A DNA stretch of 64,000 nucleotides from a virus. Taxonomy: Duplodnaviria > Caudoviricetes. Below the pieces are notes generated by a model. That model was given only the letters and a program-made list of their open reading frames with translations, did no database searches and was not told where the DNA came from. This document shows positions 38,058-48,350 of the stretch, piece after piece (position 1 is the stretch's first letter; every line of letters begins with the position of its first letter). Both the position numbers and the translations under genes were made by a program. The stretch is from IMG/VR virus record IMGVR_UViG_3300033120_000864, positions 1 to 64,000 of that record, one strand, 5' to 3'.

Positions 38058-38753
38058 ATGGGGCATAGAGTTCACGCAGATTTATATAACAAAGATGGTA
38101 AAGTAATTACTTCTGTAAGAAATGGAGCTTGTGATAGTGGAATAAATCCATTTAGACATCATGCAGCAGTAAAATGGGTAAGATATATCGAAGTAAAGAA
38201 TTGTAAATACTCAGCTAAAGAAGTTAAAGCTTGGGTAGATTTTTGTACAAGATGTGGTTTTAAATCTTATCTTAGCCTAAAAGAACAGGAAGTAAAAACA
38301 GGATATGGTGGAAGAGCTGATTCCAAATGTTATAGTATCACTCTACTGAGAAAAGATTATAAAAATGATTTACATCTTTTTATAGCTGGTACTTTAATAA
38401 GAATGATTAGTTATGATATATATCCTTGTTACCAGGAAATTCCAAAGGTTGTTTTTAATATGAAAGATTTAAAGAAGGCAACTTCTTTAGAAAAACTCAT
38501 ATTAGCACATTATGGAATAAAGCAAAATGTACATGGATACCATGGATTATTCTATACAGGAGCTGGTTATAATGTTTGGAAATTACAAAAGTTTTCAGAT
38601 TTAAAATTAACTGGTGGTAGTATTAATGCAGTATTTCAGGTTCCTTTAAAAGGTATTACTAATAAAAAAGTAAGAGCTTTAATGGATACTAAAAAGTACA
38701 AAGAAGCTTATGCATTATTAAAATCAAAAGAAAAAGAAGATGCAAAAGGTTGA
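38058..38753 (+). CDS. hypothetical protein (tandem paralog 1)
   Basis: KDGKV, CD, KWVRY, CKY, TRCGFK, CY.ITL shared with 38740. Confidence 0.7.
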   Translation: MGHRVHADLYNKDGKVITSVRNGACDSGINPFRHHAAVKWVRYIEVKNCKYSAKEVKAWVDFCTRCGFKSYLSLKEQEVKTGYGGRADSKCYSITLLRKDYKNDLHLFIAGTLIRMISYDIYPCYQEIPKVVFNMKDLKKATSLEKLILAHYGIKQNVHGYHGLFYTGAGYNVWKLQKFSDLKLTGGSINAVFQVPLKGITNKKVRALMDTKKYKEAYALLKSKEKEDAKG

Positions 38754-39420
38754 TTTAGACATAGTTGACAAAGATGGAAAAGTTTTAAGAGAAATCAGAT
38801 ATGATGTTTGTGATGCTAGAGCTAGACTTTCTCAATATCCATTAGGATATAAATGGGTCAGATATGTTATAATCAAAGACTGTAAGTATAACGATGATGA
38901 AATTAGGAGATGGTGTAATTTTGTTACTAGATGTGGCTTCAAATGTCATTTTAGTAATGAAATAGTTAGACCACAAGTGTTTTCTAGTTTTGGAAAAAAT
39001 GAAGCAACAGATTGTTATACTATTACATTATATCCTAAAGATTATAATAATAACGATATGCATTTCTTAATAGGAAATACAGTTGTTAGAATGATTAATT
39101 TTGATGAATGTTTAGAAAACATTCCTAAAATAGTTGAAGAGATTAACATAAGAATGAATCCTCTTCAAAAATTATTGTTAGCTTGTTATACTCTACCATC
39201 TTCAAATCATGCACCTGCTAATAAAAATTTATATAATTATGATATACATAGATATGAAACTCGTCCTTATAAACTACTAAAAACTAAAGAGTTTGTAATA
39301 AAGGATGGAGTACAGAAATCAATGTCTATACCATTATTAGGTAAAAATTTAGAAACAGTGATGAAATCAATAAACGAAAAAGATTACAAAACAGCGTACA
39401 ATTATTTAAATGGAAAGTAA
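38740..39420 (+). CDS. hypothetical protein (tandem paralog 2)
   Basis: Same motifs as 38058. Confidence 0.7.
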   Translation: MQKVDLDIVDKDGKVLREIRYDVCDARARLSQYPLGYKWVRYVIIKDCKYNDDEIRRWCNFVTRCGFKCHFSNEIVRPQVFSSFGKNEATDCYTITLYPKDYNNNDMHFLIGNTVVRMINFDECLENIPKIVEEINIRMNPLQKLLLACYTLPSSNHAPANKNLYNYDIHRYETRPYKLLKTKEFVIKDGVQKSMSIPLLGKNLETVMKSINEKDYKTAYNYLNGK

Positions 39421-40048
39421 GAAAGTATATGTAGTGGGAGGAAGTAATGGCTACGCAAATTGGCTAATTGAAATGGGTATGGAACTAACAAAAGTCCCAG
39501 AAGAAGCTGATATTGCAATGTTCACAGGAGGTGCAGATATCAACCCTGCTATATATGGAGAAAAACCAGGTAGTAGAACATACTTCTATGATACTAGAGA
39601 TAGAATGGAATTAGAAGCCTATAGAACCTTTAGGGAGCTCGAAACTCCTATGATAGGTATCTGTAGAGGTGGACAACTTTTTACTGCCTTAAATGGTCAT
39701 AAATTAGTTCAACATAGTAGCCATCCATACAGCCACAATGTGGTAACAAACAGAGGAGAACTGTACAGTATAAACTCAATGCATCACCAACAATTTCTTC
39801 TTGATGAAGATAACAAGAATTATGAGTTGATTGCATGGGCTGAAAACATATCAGATGTCCATTTAGATGGAGATGATGTGGACTATAATTTCCCAAAAAC
39901 ATACAAAGAACCAGAAGTGGTGTATTATCCAGAAACAATGTGTTTAGCAATACAATGTCATCCTGAAGCAATTCATAATGTCAGGACAATGGATTACTTC
40001 AAGAGTCTGGTAAATCAATATTTAATAAAAGAAAAAATAACAGCTTAA
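39410..40048 (+). CDS. class I glutamine amidotransferase (peptidase C26-like)
   Basis: TGGAD, GICRGGQ, SMHHQ, QCHPE. Confidence 0.88.
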   Translation: MESKKVYVVGGSNGYANWLIEMGMELTKVPEEADIAMFTGGADINPAIYGEKPGSRTYFYDTRDRMELEAYRTFRELETPMIGICRGGQLFTALNGHKLVQHSSHPYSHNVVTNRGELYSINSMHHQQFLLDEDNKNYELIAWAENISDVHLDGDDVDYNFPKTYKEPEVVYYPETMCLAIQCHPEAIHNVRTMDYFKSLVNQYLIKEKITA

Positions 40049-40050
40049 AA

Positions 40051-41919
40051 ATGGATTTATTTGAAATAGGAAATTATATAATAGGTTTCGTACTACTTAT
40101 GTATGCCTTTAATACCACATTACAAATGATGTTTGGATTGACACCAGACAGAAGTAATTTTTATTGTGGTTTATATGGCTTTAATGGAGCCAAAGCTCCA
40201 AATGAGGACAAACTCAAAATATTAGGTATGTATAACCTACCAAGAGGAGATGATTCTTGTGGAATTTATTGGGATGGTAAACTCTACAAAGGAGTAAACC
40301 TTGAATCAAATGTACTTCGTTTCTATGAAAAAAATACATTTAAGCCAATAAAGGAAAAATTCACTGTCATTGGACATAATAGAAAATCAACAGTTGGAAA
40401 GAATGAAATTGACAATTGCCATCCCTTTGGATATTGGTTAGATGGGGATACATCTAAGATTCCTTATGCAGTTGGTGCTCATAATGGTACAATTAGAAAT
40501 AGAGAAGAACTAAAAAAGAAGTATGATGCAACTCCACATGTTGTGGATTCTGCAGAAATACTTGAAATCATTATTAATAGCAAATCTAAACCTAAAAATA
40601 TAAGTGTTCTTGAAGAATATGAAGGTTTTGGTGCATTTATGTGGAGTTTTCCTGAAACAGATGATTTATATATCTTTAGAGGTAAATCTGAACAAGGTGA
40701 AGACCTTACAGGAGAAAGACCTTTATTCTATTGGAAGAAGGCTGGAGAAGATATGGTATATATTTCTTCAATAAAAGACTCTCTTTTAGCTATATGTGAT
40801 GATGATGAAAAAATAATAAGAGAGTTTGAACCAAACAGAATACATCATATTAAAGCAGGTAAGATGATGACTTACAAAAAAGAATATGATAGATCTGCAA
40901 GGAATAAGACTACTACATATGCTTCTAGTAGTTCATCTTCTACAACAAGTTCTGTTGCAACAACTTCAAATGTAGGAAATGGTATTGCCACCACATTTGG
41001 ACCAAAGAAAAAGGGAGCTTCGGAGATCTTCCTAAATTTCCCGAAGTCAGCTCTAGAAAAGTACGAAAAAAAAAGTCATCCAAGGGAAAACAATGGGGAC
41101 GCTTTTCTAGAAACTGAACCTTATATTGATGTTAATGAACTTATTAGAATAACTAATAATAAGGACTTTAAAGGCAAAATCATTTATTGTGGAGGACAGT
41201 ATAGAAAGAATGGTCACATCTTAGGTGCTAAATTGAAAGAAGGTGAAGTTCTTAAGATTGATGCTAATGGATATTTAGCAGGTCATAAGAACTATGATAA
41301 TAAGACTAGCAAAGAATTCTATTTCTGGAATGGTTGGACATGTCTTTCTCATGAAAGTATGACAAAGGTGATAAAAATGTTTAAGGATGGAAGTATATTT
41401 GATGAGCATGTTAAAACAAGATTTTGCTTATATAAATTACAACCTTTCTTTGATTGTATCATCTTTAATCCTGGTGTTCCTAATGGACATTATTCTATGG
41501 GAAGACAAATGGGAGGCAATCCTCAACCTTATCATACTGGTAAGTTTGAACCTTTATTTAATCAAGGCAAAATTTATTTCTTTAATAATGGATATTTTAA
41601 ATCTGTAGTTCTTCAATTAGAACCATTTATGAAATTAGATCCTAGTAAAGCATTAGTAGAAATAAGTGCAGCTGAGATAGAAAAAAAGGAAAAGAAGGAA
41701 GCATCTGAAGCTGAGAAAGAAACATTACAGGCTTTTTATAACGATGCTATGGAAAACCTTAATGTTAGCAAAGGAATGTTTGAAGAACCAGTGGAGTTCA
41801 AATCAAACGAAGCAACAAGAATAAAAATGTACAAATGGCTTAATGAGAGCTACATTTATTTGAAGGATCATTATGAACATTTGACAAAGAAAAAATTACC
41901 TGAAGAAATATTATATTGA
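40051..41919 (+). CDS. class II (Ntn) glutamine amidotransferase with N-terminal extension
   Basis: CGLYG, RGDDSCG, GHNRKST, HPF, HNGTI, VDS. Confidence 0.85.
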   Translation: MDLFEIGNYIIGFVLLMYAFNTTLQMMFGLTPDRSNFYCGLYGFNGAKAPNEDKLKILGMYNLPRGDDSCGIYWDGKLYKGVNLESNVLRFYEKNTFKPIKEKFTVIGHNRKSTVGKNEIDNCHPFGYWLDGDTSKIPYAVGAHNGTIRNREELKKKYDATPHVVDSAEILEIIINSKSKPKNISVLEEYEGFGAFMWSFPETDDLYIFRGKSEQGEDLTGERPLFYWKKAGEDMVYISSIKDSLLAICDDDEKIIREFEPNRIHHIKAGKMMTYKKEYDRSARNKTTTYASSSSSSTTSSVATTSNVGNGIATTFGPKKKGASEIFLNFPKSALEKYEKKSHPRENNGDAFLETEPYIDVNELIRITNNKDFKGKIIYCGGQYRKNGHILGAKLKEGEVLKIDANGYLAGHKNYDNKTSKEFYFWNGWTCLSHESMTKVIKMFKDGSIFDEHVKTRFCLYKLQPFFDCIIFNPGVPNGHYSMGRQMGGNPQPYHTGKFEPLFNQGKIYFFNNGYFKSVVLQLEPFMKLDPSKALVEISAAEIEKKEKKEASEAEKETLQAFYNDAMENLNVSKGMFEEPVEFKSNEATRIKMYKWLNESYIYLKDHYEHLTKKKLPEEILY

Positions 41920-43505
41920 AAATGATTGAAATTAGTGGAAAATTATTAATGGTAACTACTATAACAGGTGATACAGTGCTAAGAAAAGACTGTATACAAA
42001 ATAAAGAGACAGGAAAGTATTATCAAAAGAATGTATCAGCTTTTTTAGTAGAGCTTGAAGATGGTAGACAAAAGTGGCAGAGGATAGATAATGGAAGAGT
42101 GGCCTTCAATTGGGATAGAAAAGAATGGGATCTCATTAAAAGACTTGAAGTGTCAGGCTTAACCAAGGGTATCTTTGAAGCTGGAAAACCAGCTGGCTAT
42201 TTTACCATGAATGATGATACAGTACTTCTGAAAGAGAAGATAGGAACCTCACAAGGAACTCCTTGTATCAATGCTAAAGTGGCTACAGAATCTGGATATA
42301 TTCCTTCTATCTGGGATGATTGTTTCTATAATAAGAGAAATCTTAATAGAGATGATTTAGAGTATTTAAGAACTCCTCAGATAGTAAAGTATAGGAATCT
42401 TGACTTTAGGTATAATGCTGCTGCTGATAACAGCTCATTTCTTAAAATAAGAGGTTTTTATGATAAGTTTCAACCTGCTGTACCTATGAGAACTCAAGAA
42501 GTATCAAAATTACTTTTTGGAAAATCATTTGGTATAGAATTTGAAACAAGAGGTGGTACAATTCCAGAAAAATTCCTTGGTAAACTTGGTATAGTTCCAT
42601 TGAAAGATGGATCTTTAAGACTTCCTGATGGAAAGGAGCCTTATGAATATACTACAGTGCCATTTTATGGTGCTAAAGGATTGGAAACTGTTAAATACAT
42701 TTGTGAAGAATTAAATAAAAGATGTATATTTGATGATAATTGCTCTTTACATGTGCACTTAGGAAATGTAAAATTTGATAAATTGTCTATTATTGCATAT
42801 TATATTCTTATTCAAAATATTCAAGAGGAATTATATTCTATATTTCCTCAGTATAAGAGAGATGAAGTGAAGTATTTAAATAAGCCAAAAGCTTATAATG
42901 CTCCTCTTCCAAATATAGGTCTATTAACAAATAGTATCTATAAGAAAAAGTATACATCACATCATGAATTTAATGCTGAAGTAGACTCTTCTTTCTCTAA
43001 AATTATAGAATATTTAACTAAGGGAGGTACTAAAGAATGGCCAGGTTGGGATTCTGATAGACCAACACATCCTCTTGGTAATACAAAATGGAATCTTAAC
43101 AGATACTTTCTTGTAAATATAAATAGTTTAGTATTTAGTTCTACACGTACTATTGAATTTAGGCTTTCAAGTCCAACATTTAATTTTACTAAAGTAACTA
43201 ACTGGCTTTTTATATGTGCTGCTATAATTACCTATGCTGAAAAGTATAGTAAAGAAATCATAAGTAGAAAAGCAAAACCAACTCTGAAGGATATTCTTTC
43301 AGAACTGAAAACACACTTTGGTTATTATGAGTTTGAAGATGTGGTAGGTAGTGAAATATCTTCATATCTGTGTGACTATGTTGACTATAGAAAAGAACTA
43401 ATTGCAAAAGCCACAAAAAATGGTGATGTATTAGCTAATAATATAGAATTCAAAGCAGACAAAGACTTCAGATTCCAGAGTAGAAACATGTCAACTATCT
43501 ACTAA
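41916..43505 (+). CDS. putative amidoligase (Amidoligase_2, glutamine-synthetase-like fold)
   Basis: FGIEFE, DGSL, CSLHVH, TIEFR. Confidence 0.85.
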   Translation: MKMIEISGKLLMVTTITGDTVLRKDCIQNKETGKYYQKNVSAFLVELEDGRQKWQRIDNGRVAFNWDRKEWDLIKRLEVSGLTKGIFEAGKPAGYFTMNDDTVLLKEKIGTSQGTPCINAKVATESGYIPSIWDDCFYNKRNLNRDDLEYLRTPQIVKYRNLDFRYNAAADNSSFLKIRGFYDKFQPAVPMRTQEVSKLLFGKSFGIEFETRGGTIPEKFLGKLGIVPLKDGSLRLPDGKEPYEYTTVPFYGAKGLETVKYICEELNKRCIFDDNCSLHVHLGNVKFDKLSIIAYYILIQNIQEELYSIFPQYKRDEVKYLNKPKAYNAPLPNIGLLTNSIYKKKYTSHHEFNAEVDSSFSKIIEYLTKGGTKEWPGWDSDRPTHPLGNTKWNLNRYFLVNINSLVFSSTRTIEFRLSSPTFNFTKVTNWLFICAAIITYAEKYSKEIISRKAKPTLKDILSELKTHFGYYEFEDVVGSEISSYLCDYVDYRKELIAKATKNGDVLANNIEFKADKDFRFQSRNMSTIY

Positions 43506-43533
43506 GAAATTGAACTTGATTTAATACAACAAT

Positions 43534-43941
43534 TTGTCTCAAAAAAAGACGAAACAAAAAAAAGCTGCTGTGCTAAAGCCTTATAATAGTGGAACTATGA
43601 CTAAAGCAGCGTTCTTTGGGAAGATTAGGAGTGGGCTTAGGAATACCTTCAGATATTGGAAACCAATGTATGAAGCTCTTAAGCTTGCTTCTAGGCCTTC
43701 TCAGAGTAATAATAAAAGGCTAAAAACAGAATATAAGTGTGCTCATTGTAAAAAATGGTCTAAAAGAGCAGATGTTCAGATAGATCATATTATAGAATGT
43801 GGCAGTTTGAAAGATTGGGATGATGTGGTGCCATTTATTCAGAGACTAACAGTTGAAGATGTAAATAGCTACCAGGTATTGTGTAAGAAATGCCATGTTA
43901 TCAAGACAAAAAAGTATAAGGAGGAAAAGAACAATGAATAA
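43534..43941 (+). CDS. HNH nuclease
   Basis: CAHC, IDHIIECG, QVLCKKCH. Confidence 0.8.
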   Translation: MSQKKTKQKKAAVLKPYNSGTMTKAAFFGKIRSGLRNTFRYWKPMYEALKLASRPSQSNNKRLKTEYKCAHCKKWSKRADVQIDHIIECGSLKDWDDVVPFIQRLTVEDVNSYQVLCKKCHVIKTKKYKEEKNNE

Positions 43942-44917
43942 CTTTGATAATAGATCTCTGTCATTTTCTACACTAAAATATCTACAAGAAGGGCCATCTT
44001 TATTTAGAGCTATGCTCAATAAGAAATTTGAGAGTGAAGGACTAACTATTGGTAGTATTGTGGATGTGTTACTAACAGATCCAGAAAGATTTGCAACAGA
44101 TTTTCTTTTGAAAAAAGGAGTTGCTCCAACAGGCATGATGGAAAAGTATGTTTACTATCTAATTAATGTTTGTGTTTCAAGAGGAGATAGCACTTTAACA
44201 GATGAAGATTTTAACAAGGCTTATAACTATTCTGCTTTTAAAATTTCTAAGGATACTATAAAAGAAAGATTTGAGAAGGAATTCTCAGATTATCACAAGG
44301 AAATTGTAGAACAGAAAAAAGGAAAAAAGACACTATATACTCAAGAAGATTATGATATTGCTATAAGAGTTGTGGACTCACTTAATAGTAATCCACATAT
44401 ATCTCAATGCTTTAGAAAAGAAGGTAATCAAGATGTGTTTCAGCAATTAAAAATTGAATGGGTATATAAAGGACTAAATCTAAAATCAATTTTAGACTTA
44501 GTCAAAATAGACTATGACAAGAAAACAGTTGTTATCTATGATATAAAGACTACAGGATACTCTGTAAATTCCTTCAAGGATTCTATAGAAAAGTATCAAT
44601 ATTGGCTTCAAATGGTAATGTATGGAATGGCAGTTTATTCTTATTTTAAGACTGAAGTGCCTGATATAGAAAGTTATGATGTCAAGTTTAAGTGGATTGT
44701 AGAATCTACTAAATATCCAGGAAGTCCTTGTATTTATACAATGTCTAAAAAGGATGAAGAGGCAGGACTTAATGGTGGTAAAATTGGCAATAAGTATTAT
44801 AAAGGTTTTATAGAACTTATTGATGATTACTTGTGGTATGTAGAGAATAACGAGTGGAATACTAGAAAAGATATAGTGACGAATAACTTTGAAGTTGATA
44901 TAAGTATATTCAATTGA
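43934..44917 (+). CDS. PD-(D/E)XK exonuclease (RecB/ExoVIII-like)
   Basis: LSFS, KSILD, DIKTT, YWLQ..MY. Confidence 0.8.
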   Translation: MNNFDNRSLSFSTLKYLQEGPSLFRAMLNKKFESEGLTIGSIVDVLLTDPERFATDFLLKKGVAPTGMMEKYVYYLINVCVSRGDSTLTDEDFNKAYNYSAFKISKDTIKERFEKEFSDYHKEIVEQKKGKKTLYTQEDYDIAIRVVDSLNSNPHISQCFRKEGNQDVFQQLKIEWVYKGLNLKSILDLVKIDYDKKTVVIYDIKTTGYSVNSFKDSIEKYQYWLQMVMYGMAVYSYFKTEVPDIESYDVKFKWIVESTKYPGSPCIYTMSKKDEEAGLNGGKIGNKYYKGFIELIDDYLWYVENNEWNTRKDIVTNNFEVDISIFN

Positions 44918-45510
44918 CTGAAGTAGAAAAAATCAAGTTTAATAACACCACTGGATTTGTGCTGCCTATATTATTTAAGGATGATACTTTCAACAATCTA
45001 ATAAAAAAGTTAGTGGGAATAACATTATTTGACTACCTACTAATTAATGGGTTTAGAAATGCTTACTTAAATGATTACAATTATCCTATGGATGGTTGTA
45101 TTTATTGTGTATTTAAGCCTCAAGAGTTTACTGATAAGTTTAGACAACTTACAGAAATTTTAGAGCAACATAGTTTATACAAATCAACATATGATATAGA
45201 AGGAGGAGTTGTTTTTATATTTAACATTAGTGATGTCTTCAAAAAAGATATTGAGCTTATAAAAGATGGTAAGTATAGTAAGACAAGTCCTGAATATAAA
45301 AGGTTATTTCCCCAAACTGTGAGAGACAAAAAAGGAAATAAAGTGCTATTTTCTAATTGGATGATATTACATAAACATCCTCAATTTAAAAAGAGGATGG
45401 AAGAATATGTAGGACAATCTATAGAAGATGATGCTGAGTTGTGGGATCCCTTTAACCCTAAGTACGAGGTACTTAATTACAACCAAGAACATTTAGACAT
45501 TTCTTGGTAA
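44914..45510 (+). CDS. hypothetical phage protein
   Basis: NAYL, GKYSK.S..YK. Confidence 0.65.
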   Translation: MTEVEKIKFNNTTGFVLPILFKDDTFNNLIKKLVGITLFDYLLINGFRNAYLNDYNYPMDGCIYCVFKPQEFTDKFRQLTEILEQHSLYKSTYDIEGGVVFIFNISDVFKKDIELIKDGKYSKTSPEYKRLFPQTVRDKKGNKVLFSNWMILHKHPQFKKRMEEYVGQSIEDDAELWDPFNPKYEVLNYNQEHLDISW

Positions 45511-45533
45511 AATAACAAAAGAAAAATTACAAA

Positions 45534-46202
45534 ATGACATTAGAAGCTTATTTAAGAAGCAAATATACACCTAGTTTCTCTTCCACTAGTAGTAGCACTA
45601 ACTATGGATATGCTCATGGAGGTCATGCTAAGTCATCTGCTGACTATTATGAAGACTATTATGCTCAATATTATGAAGGAGGTGGAGTTGCTGCAGGTGC
45701 CTGTAGTAACTTATGCCTTCCTTTTGAGCCTGGTTATAGTAGCAAAAAAGATGAAGAAGACATAAAAGAAGCATCTAGACCTGATGCAGCTGCTAGTAGA
45801 AATGGTGAGACTGTGACAGAAAGTGTAGATCCTAATGATGATGGTTCTACAGTCCATTTTAGTCATGATTTATATTGGAGAGAGTATAAGAGTAAGGAAA
45901 AAACTTCTTATATAACTTTATATTCATTGACTAAGGGAGATAGAGATGATATATTATTTAATATCAAGAAAAAGGATGTTATTAGTATATCACCTACAGA
46001 GGAATGGGCTGTTTCAGATATATGTTATTATGATACAAGAAGAAGTGTAACATCAAGTTGTACTCTTTTTACAATCAAAAATATACATCAACCTTCTGAA
46101 ATACACCATTTATACTCATCAGAATTTTTTGACTTTTTAAAGAATCAACATGTACCAGATACAAACAATAGAGACCTCGGAAGTGAATGGAACAACTGCT
46201 AA
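45534..46202 (+). CDS. hypothetical protein with low-complexity N-terminus
   Basis: ORF with A-rich leader. Confidence 0.6.
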   Translation: MTLEAYLRSKYTPSFSSTSSSTNYGYAHGGHAKSSADYYEDYYAQYYEGGGVAAGACSNLCLPFEPGYSSKKDEEDIKEASRPDAAASRNGETVTESVDPNDDGSTVHFSHDLYWREYKSKEKTSYITLYSLTKGDRDDILFNIKKKDVISISPTEEWAVSDICYYDTRRSVTSSCTLFTIKNIHQPSEIHHLYSSEFFDFLKNQHVPDTNNRDLGSEWNNC

Positions 46203-46386
46203 GTTCAGAGGAATCTTTAGAGATATGGAACTGACTAGTTTAAAAGTATATTTTGATTTATCTGCTGAAGTAGTAGGAAACAGAGAAATGTATAAACTAG
46301 ATTTGTTAACAGAGGTTCCTTATGAATACGAGGACTATGTATCTAGAAAAATTTTAGACAACGTAGAAGAATTGAATTTAGTTTAA
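46150..46386 (+). CDS. hypothetical protein
   Basis: Fills gap before RNR. Confidence 0.5.
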   Translation: MYQIQTIETSEVNGTTAKFRGIFRDMELTSLKVYFDLSAEVVGNREMYKLDLLTEVPYEYEDYVSRKILDNVEELNLV

Positions 46387-46396
46387 CTAAGAATAA

Positions 46397-48349
46397 TTGG
46401 ATTTTAAATTAGATGCTGGCTTTATAAAGCAGTATGAGAGTAAGAAAGTGAATTTTGGTTTTAATGGGCTTGGTGAGATAACTTACTATAGAACCTATTC
46501 AAGACTAAAAGAAGATGGAACAAATGAAAAGTGGTTTGAGACAGTCGCAAGAGTTGTCAATGGTATATACAATATACAGAAAACCCATATTGAAAAGAAT
46601 GATTTAGGATGGAATGAGAGAAAGGCTCAGGTCTCTGCACAGGAAATGTATGATAGGATATTTACTTTTAAATTCCTACCACCTGGCAGAGGACTTTGGG
46701 CATGTGGAACAGACATTATAAAGAAGGGACTTGGAGCAGCAATGAATAATTGTGGATTTATCAGTACAGAAAATATTGATAAAGACTTTGCTAAGCCTTT
46801 CTGTTTTATGATGGATATGTCCATGTTAGGAGTTGGTATTGGATTTGATTTAAAAGGTGAAGGAAAAATAGTTGTGGCTGAAAAGTCACCTATGTGTAAT
46901 ACAATTATATATACAATTCCTGATACAAGAGAAGGATGGGTGGAGAGCTTAAAACTTCTTCTTGATTCATACCTTAGTTCTGATTGTAATAATGTAGATT
47001 TTGACTATTCTTTAGTCAGAAAAGCAGGAGAACCAATCAAGACTTTTGGTGGAATCTCATCAGGCCCAGAACCTTTAATCAAACTTCATCAACAAATAAG
47101 AGAAAAACTAAATGGCATTGCAGGAAAAGCAATTACAGGAAGAGTGATTGCTGATATTATGAATATGGTGGGTGTATGTGTTGTTTCTGGTAATGTCAGA
47201 AGAAGTGCACAAATCATGTTTGGTGATTCAAATAACAATGAATATTTAGATCTCAAAAACTACAATGTAAATCCTGAAAGAGCTAACTATGGATGGACTT
47301 CTAATAATAGTGTATTCTGTGATGAACATACAGATTATTTAGGAGCTGCACAAAGAACTGCTATAAATGGAGAACCTGGATATTTCTGGCTTAATAATGC
47401 TAGAAAATATGGTAGGTTTGTAGATCCAGTGAATAATAAGGATTATAAAGCAATGGGATGTAATCCTTGTGCTGAACAAACCTTAGAAAACTATGAATTA
47501 TGTTGCTTAGTAGAAACATTCCCAGATAACCATGATTCTCTTGAGGATTATCTTAAGACACTGAAATATGCTTACTTGTATGGTAAGTCTGTCACTCTAT
47601 TAAAAACACACTGGAAGGAAACTAACAAGGTGTTATTAAAGAATAGAAGAATAGGACTTAGTCAAACAGGTATTGCTCAGTTTCTAGAAAGACATTCCCT
47701 TGAAGAATATAGGGTTTGGTGTAATGAAGGATATAAAACAGTACAGAAATATGATGAAATATATTCTAACTGGTTTTGTATTCCTAAGTCTATTAAAACA
47801 ACATCAATTAAACCTTCAGGATCTATTAGCCTTTTAGCAGGAGCCACTCCAGGTATGCATTATCCAGAGAATAATTATTACATTAGAAGAATAAGAATAG
47901 GAAAGAATTCTCCTATATTGAAAGCTTGTCAAGAAGCTGGATATGTAGTGGAAGTTGATGCTTATGACTCTTCTTCATATTGTGTAGAAATTCCTGTAGA
48001 AATTAATTGTCGTACTGTGGATGATGTTTCAATATGGGAACAAGTACAACTTGCAGCTTTCATCCAAAATTGGTGGGCTGACAATCAAGTGTCATGTACT
48101 GTTACCTTCAAACCAGAAGAGAAGAAAGAAATCTTACCCATACTAAAATATGGAAAGTACAATCTAAAAGCTATTAGCTTCTTGCCAAAAGCAGAAGTTG
48201 GAGCTTACAAACAAATGCCATATGAAGCCATAACTCGTCAGAGATATGAGGAAATAGTAAGAGCAATAACCCCTTTGAATATGGAGAATATTTCACAAGA
48301 CTCTAAACCAGAGCTTTATTGTGATAGTGTTAGCTGCGAAATAAAATAA
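46397..48349 (+). CDS. nrdJ: class II (B12-dependent) monomeric ribonucleotide reductase
   Basis: RTYSR, PPGRGLW, NNC, GNVRRSA, NPCAEQ, IKPSG, C-terminal CDSVSC. Confidence 0.92.
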   Translation: MDFKLDAGFIKQYESKKVNFGFNGLGEITYYRTYSRLKEDGTNEKWFETVARVVNGIYNIQKTHIEKNDLGWNERKAQVSAQEMYDRIFTFKFLPPGRGLWACGTDIIKKGLGAAMNNCGFISTENIDKDFAKPFCFMMDMSMLGVGIGFDLKGEGKIVVAEKSPMCNTIIYTIPDTREGWVESLKLLLDSYLSSDCNNVDFDYSLVRKAGEPIKTFGGISSGPEPLIKLHQQIREKLNGIAGKAITGRVIADIMNMVGVCVVSGNVRRSAQIMFGDSNNNEYLDLKNYNVNPERANYGWTSNNSVFCDEHTDYLGAAQRTAINGEPGYFWLNNARKYGRFVDPVNNKDYKAMGCNPCAEQTLENYELCCLVETFPDNHDSLEDYLKTLKYAYLYGKSVTLLKTHWKETNKVLLKNRRIGLSQTGIAQFLERHSLEEYRVWCNEGYKTVQKYDEIYSNWFCIPKSIKTTSIKPSGSISLLAGATPGMHYPENNYYIRRIRIGKNSPILKACQEAGYVVEVDAYDSSSYCVEIPVEINCRTVDDVSIWEQVQLAAFIQNWWADNQVSCTVTFKPEEKKEILPILKYGKYNLKAISFLPKAEVGAYKQMPYEAITRQRYEEIVRAITPLNMENISQDSKPELYCDSVSCEIK

Positions 48350-48350
48350 G

